Part shown: piece after piece, positions 58,857 through 64,000 of the stretch
Layout: each line of letters opens with the position of its first letter
Position numbering within the stretch: position 1 is the first letter of the stretch
Assembly (NCBI GenBank): GCA_965178125.1
Contig: OZ237747.1
Span: 992,001-1,056,000 of the forward strand
DNA: 64,000 bases
From: Bilabrum cf. latius
Taxonomy: Eukaryota
Direction of reading: 5' to 3'
Made by a program: the position numbers and the translations under genes
The notes under the pieces: generated by a model
The model's input: the letters and a program-made list of their open reading frames with translations, nothing else
What the model was told of the DNA's origin: nothing
The model's database searches: none

Positions 58857-61001
58857 TCAATCTGAAAGCCGGGCTGCAACTTTTTGCTGTGCCTCCCGAA
58901 TCAGAGTCACGTTGATTGTGTACCCATCATTGGGAATGGGTGGCTCCAAGTGCTGCGCACTCCATTGCACCGTGAAGTTCCACACCGTGCTCAGGACCTC
59001 CTGCGGGATTCCGGACGCGGGGCTGCCAAGGAGTGCTGCATCGTGCGCGACGTCGCCAGCATTCCCGCTATCCGAAGGCAGTGCATCGCATTTCACAACC
59101 CCCTGTTGCTTTTCTTGCAGCAGATAGAGGGCCTCTGCATCTTGGATGCCCAGCCAGAGATGCTCGTGCCTGATGGAGGGCAACACGGCAACTCCAGCGG
59201 CCTCGGAGCTCATGCTCGGCGGCACGGAATCGGGTCGCAGCGGAGGGTACAGCTGCACGCCGAATCCGGAGCTGTTGTGGTACAAAGGAAGACCGTGCCA
59301 GGGGTTGCTATACCTGCCTTCGGGATTCCTCCAGTCGTTCGCGTCGTACCACGACAGGGTGCCTCTGAGCCCCTGTCCCTTGGGCACACCGTTCCAGCCC
59401 TCGTCCACGCCGCTGTCAGTCCGCCATACCATCCACGCCTGCAGCCGGATGCGAGGCCACGGCATGTCCACGAATAGCATCCCGTTGTCGTAGATGGTGA
59501 TGGTTTTGCCGGCCTTCCGAAGCCCAGCCAGCTGCAGAGGCACGCCTGGGGTGGACCACTGATTCACGTGGACGCACCACGTGTCGACCGTCTTGACCAG
59601 CTGGGCCATCACCTTGGGGTCTTGTGGGGCAACGGGCATCACGGGCCACCTATCTTGCCAAATGCGGATGTCCTCGCCCAGAGTCTCGGTGGCAAGCTGC
59701 ATCATCTGCAGCGTTGCCTGCGCGGTGGTGTTGTCGTTCCACTCTGGCTCATCCACGACAAAGTACGAGTAGGTGATGGAGCTGAACCAAGGCTGTTCCT
59801 TCAGTTGCGACCACAGGGCGGTCGCAAGCGCTCGCCAGTGCGCCTTGTACTGCTCTGCCAAAGCGACCGATCCGTCTGGCAGCGACTGCAGCAGCGGGAT
59901 GTGACACACGCCAGCTTGCGGGCCCTCAGTCCAGAAGAACGCAGTCGCATTCGTGGTCACGTAGTGAGTCTCGTGGTGCAAACTGACTGGTATAGGGAAG
60001 TGAAACCTCCGCACGGACGAAGTAGCGAGCACCTCCCGCATCTGGGCGAAGTACAATGTCAGGTTGATTGAGTAGTGCGGAGTCAGCGTGCTGCAGTCGC
60101 CTCCAGCCAGGTTCGCCTTGGGTACGGGCCACCAGTCGTTCTGGTACTCGAGGGAGTTGACCCCGTGGGAGGTCATCGCTTGGATTGCGTGCATGAAACT
60201 CCCCGTTGTGTTACCCTTAAACTGCCCGGGCTGGGCGTACTCGAGTGCCACCCCTTGCGAGTGGCAGTCTGTCAGCTGGTGGAGCTCAGGGCTGTCTGCA
60301 TCGAGCTTCTTGGGAGCAGCGACATTCTTTAGCACTGCTTTAGACGTGCCGATAGGCTAGGTGATGACGCGAATAGGCACGGGAAGCGCGTCAGTCGAGC
60401 ATTTGACCCGGGATGGTCCGGCTCCATCTCCGGTCTCCTGGAACGTGACGTCGAAGGCAAGCTGCCCCGAGCTATCCTGGCTCACAGCAGCTGCCTTCAA
60501 TCGAACCCAGATCGGCCATGTGGTCTGCCCTTCGATTGCCTTGAATGCAGAGTTGTTGGCGAGGCTAGTGTAGCCGGTCACGATCGGTGTGAGAGGGTCC
60601 GGGAACCACCCTGTCAAGTTCTCGGGATTGCTTGGGATCGGCACGTGGACGTACCCAACACCAAACCACGATGAACCTTGAACGAGGGGCGAGCGGCCAG
60701 TCCCACCAGCTGTGCGTACGTTGATAGCTTCCACCCTGTCTGGTACGTTTGAGCCATCAGCACGGCTGATTGCAAGCTAGAGTGCGATCTCTTGGTTGGA
60801 AAGGGCGCTGAAGGATACCTGCTTCGGTATTCCAATTGCACCGGCTTTAGATCCGTCAGGAAACACCTTAACAAGCGAATCAACAATAGAAATGTCCCAA
60901 ACGGATCGGCTCCCATCCATTGATGGCTCGCATGCGATCTATGACGATTGCACAGGGTCTAGCAGAGCAACACAGCACATAACCTATAGAAAGCTGTGCA
61001 T
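58857..61001 (-). CDS. Secreted GH123-like / DUF4091 glycoside hydrolase (714 aa)
   Basis: Signal-like MHSFL(TAG)VMCCVALLDPVQS; SLVKVFPD...ALSNQEIAL(TAG)LAI; WFPDPLTP; YFVVDEP; C-terminal GVQLYP...PSIRHEHLWLGIQDAEALYLL. Four TAGs; TGA end. Confidence 0.78.
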
Positions 61002-61132
61002 GGTCTTTATAGGTGATCGCATTTTGCACCTTCCTACTATTCTGAGCACAGTTTTTTCTGTCGACGTGCCGCGTGAGGCATGCCTGACAGTAATCGGAGC
61101 ACCACGAGCGGAACAACTCGAAGAAGCAGGTG

Positions 61133-62260
61133 TCACAGCTCGTCGTCTTCGGCAGCTTCAAAATACGCCCCAGGGATCTGCGATCCTACTGCCATGCCCG
61201 CTCGATGGGAGAGGCCCGCGCCCGGGTCACCAACATCCCTTGGGCCGGCAGCACCGCCGCTTTTGGCACCACCGGCACCAAACCGAGTAGAGCTGGAACC
61301 GGCTGCCGGGCGGGAAGCCGGCTGCGCCGCAGACACGGACGCTGCATCTAGTGCCGCAGCACTGCCCATCGCTCCGGGTCCGGGGCCAGATACCCCCTTC
61401 GTCCCTGCGGCTTGTTCCCTGCGGCTCCGGATCATCGCCCGGAGCCCCTCCCTGCTCCTGTCCCCCTTTGCCCTCACACGGGCCCGCACTGCAGCATCCC
61501 TATCGATGGAGGCGGTGGGCCGCTTGTCCGGGCCCCGGCCGATCCCTCCCCCGGCGCTGCGCGATCCTCCGGGTGCGGAACCTGCGCCCGTCCCGGCTCC
61601 CGCGCCGCTCGACGGCAGCATCCTCCTCGGCATGCCCTCCCTGTCGGGCGCGAAGCAGTTGCGCGGGCCCCTCAGTGCATCCGGCCCCGAGCGGCCCAAC
61701 GGACCCATGGAAGCCGCGCTGAGCATTTCAGCCACGGCGCCTGCAACGCCAGGGGCCCTCGGGATCCTTCTCTCGGAGAATTCCAGGAAATGCGACGAGA
61801 AGGGATGGTCGCAGTTGCAGATGAATGGCGAGTCGTACTTCGTGCAGTCGCACCTGGAGTTCTTGCAGGGGTGGTCGCCAGGCCCCGCTTCGTGCTCAAT
61901 GGCCTTATGTTTACACCGACAGCGCAGAAGCAGGGCCCCTTGACCGAAGATGTAGTTGAACTGGCCACATTTGCAACCTCGCTCGTCGCAGTGCCAGCCC
62001 CTGCCACCTGCTGCACCTGCATTGTGCTGCCGAAGCCTGTGGCCACAGAGGCATCGACTTTCTGAAATGCAATTTACGCAATGCTGATTGCATTCTCTAC
62101 ACTTCCAGCGGACTTGCATCGCTGCGAGCCGCTATGCCCTCTGCCTCGCCGACAATGGTTTGGCAGATTTTCCTGGCATGCCCACGGGTCGTCTGGAGCT
62201 GGGCGCATATCCAGTTGTAGAATGACTTGTTCGGCCACTAGCCCCACCCGATGCTGCCAT
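61133..62260 (-). CDS. FAM221: FAM221 (DUF4475) family cysteine-rich protein (375 aa)
   Basis: CISESRCLCGHRLRQH...CKCGQFNYI...CRCKHKAIEH...CDCTKYDSPFICNCDHPFSSH. Extends upstream through TAG 62132 to ATG 62260. TGA end. Confidence 0.75.
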
Positions 62261-62399
62261 ATGGAGGTATTTTGTGCCAGAAGTTCACGCTTGCAACGGA
62301 CGTGAAAGGAACGTTCCATGTTCCAACGAAGGTCTATTTTCAACGGCCGCGTGAGAAGCAAAATAGATACTAATTCCACTGTTCAGGTACCAGCATCAT

Positions 62400-63881
62400 T
62401 TACCTCCTTCCACCCGTTGCAGTACCGTCGGCGGCATTGATTTCGGAATGCAGAATGCCAGCTAGCAGCGCAGCCACCTCCCTCGGACGCTCTGCATGCA
62501 GCCAGTGCCCCGCTGCAATGGAATGCAGCCTGCAGCTACCCGTGCTAAGAGAATAGGATTCGACAGAAGCTTTGTTCAGCGTAGACACAGCTGATCCACC
62601 GCCGTCACCGCCACTATCAGACACCCCGTCCGGAGCACTTGCTCTGGAGCGAGCATGGTCAAGAGACAGCCCTGAAGGGTCCAACGCCCGAGGCAGAGGC
62701 GCAGGCGATGCAGGTGAGAGCACGCCTGCGGAACCAGACGGACCATCGCGGCGCCGCGCATCCTGCGCCTCGAGCACGCCCTGCAGCCTTGCGACCACTT
62801 TGGGCACTCCCCAGCGAGCCCCCCGAGTGCCGAGCACGAAATCGATCGCGGCGCCGCGCGGGGGGTTCCGCAGCAGGTCCCACGAGTCGATATCAGCCAG
62901 GTCATGGTAAGCGTTCAATGCCTCGACTGGATCAAACGTCCACACAAACCCATCACTGCCACCATGGTCGTCAGCATGGTCGCGCCCGCTCAGTGGCACC
63001 CCGCGCTCGTCACACGCTGCTTCCGTCACGTTCGTCGTCATCCACTGAGAGAGCGATTTGCTGAAACCCAGCTGCGAAAAATACTCACCCGCCGCGCGGC
63101 GGCTGGGAAACGGAAGCGGCGCAGCACGCACCGCCTCGAGCACGACCTGCACACCATCCTGGTCCCGCCGAGCCTTATGCGGTGTGACGAGTGGATTTCC
63201 TGTTTGTGTTCCCTATGATTGCGAAGGGTGCGTTCTCCACCTTCCCGGGTACGTGTCCAGCACCACGAGGCGTCGCCGGCGGTGCTTCGCGCTGGTGTTG
63301 CTGCTGGGGCTGCTACTGCTGGTGGCAGTGCTCGGCCCGCCCTGCGAATGCAAAATTACTTTGCCGCCCATGGAGTGCCCGATCACCACGTTGATCGGAG
63401 TGGGGGATAGTGTCGGCAATGATGCTTCGTCCAGTCGAACCGCTGACGGCGGAACAGCCGAGTGTGGTCTGTGAAGAGCCGTCCCCGCTGGCACGTCCAG
63501 AGCATGCAAACCAGTCGTGCCCTCGATCTCAATCTCAGACAACAGGCTATTTAATTTCGCTGCGCACCTTTTTACAGATACTGGACGCACGTCGCTGTGC
63601 AGTGATCCAGCGTGAGATGGTAAATCGACGAGGACCGCTGCCCATCGGTTGGCCTCCCGCTCGCCCACTCTGTCCTTTAAGGCACGAAGTACTAGCCTTG
63701 CCACGGACCGCCAATTCTTGCCTGCACCCATCAGTCCATGCACGACAGCGAAAGCTTTGGTTGGGCTTCTTGCTCCCGGGAGAGCTACAAGCTAATGGGC
63801 CAGGGATGACGCATGCCGCCGCGACACAACGACTTCTTGAGCTTTCAAGCACTTTTTCACAAATCTGCGACTAGATCTCAT
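62400..63881 (-). CDS. ABHD11-like alpha/beta hydrolase with mitochondrial-like presequence (493 aa)
   Basis: VHGLMGAGKNWRS, VDLPSH, GHSMGGKV nucleophile, VVLD, QWMTTN and AGHWLHAERP. The catalytic halves are joined across TAG 63213. A second TAG lies at 63792; ATG 63881 MRSSRRFVKK; TAA end. Confidence 0.85.
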
Positions 63882-64000
63882 GCAGCACACCTGATCCAAC
63901 CAGCTAAACTTTGGCTGTCCGGATTTGGGTGGAACGAACGTTCGAAAGTGGCCGCCGGAAGAGGTTCGTTCCTCGGTGCGGAGTTTATCCGCGGCATCCG

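Noticed and set aside
21672-63881. Interpretation as a cluster of pseudogenes with premature stops
   Set aside because: The interruptions are exclusively TAG, there are no frameshifts or TAA/TGA, and catalytic motifs are intact.
21672-63881. Pyrrolysine or programmed single-site read-through at TAG
   Set aside because: There are too many TAGs per gene in unrelated genes and varied contexts, and their positions match Gln.

Overview
This is GC-rich, intron-poor, gene-dense eukaryotic (protist-like) nuclear DNA, not bacterial. The main result is that the genes only make sense if TAG is a sense codon, most likely Gln, while TGA and TAA remain stops. More than a dozen genes are split by in-frame TAGs only. 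TAG sits inside CAG runs, aligns with CAA in a paralogous copy, and falls at conserved Gln positions of the JmjC and GH123-like motifs. All 22 gene ends I could define are TGA or TAA. Bases 1141-8011 are a non-autonomous split-direct-repeat (A1...B1-A2...B2, TOC1/PAT/Ngaro-like) retroelement. It is flanked by a 7-bp duplication and filled with 112-bp and 107-bp satellites plus an RT fragment. Bases 8094-21616 are about 2.2 tandem copies of a ~6.17-kb two-gene unit, and each gene carries a length-preserving hypervariable cassette. Bases 21.7-64 kb hold single-copy genes: secreted ankyrin-JmjC, MAPEG, bacterial-type cytochrome b561, GT64, TPX2, EF-hand membrane protein, SRPBCC, GNAT, Ubl/U-box/VWA/UBC E2-E3 hybrid, GH123-like, FAM221, ABHD11-like and several hypotheticals. 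All domain calls come from motif recognition by eye; no searches were run.
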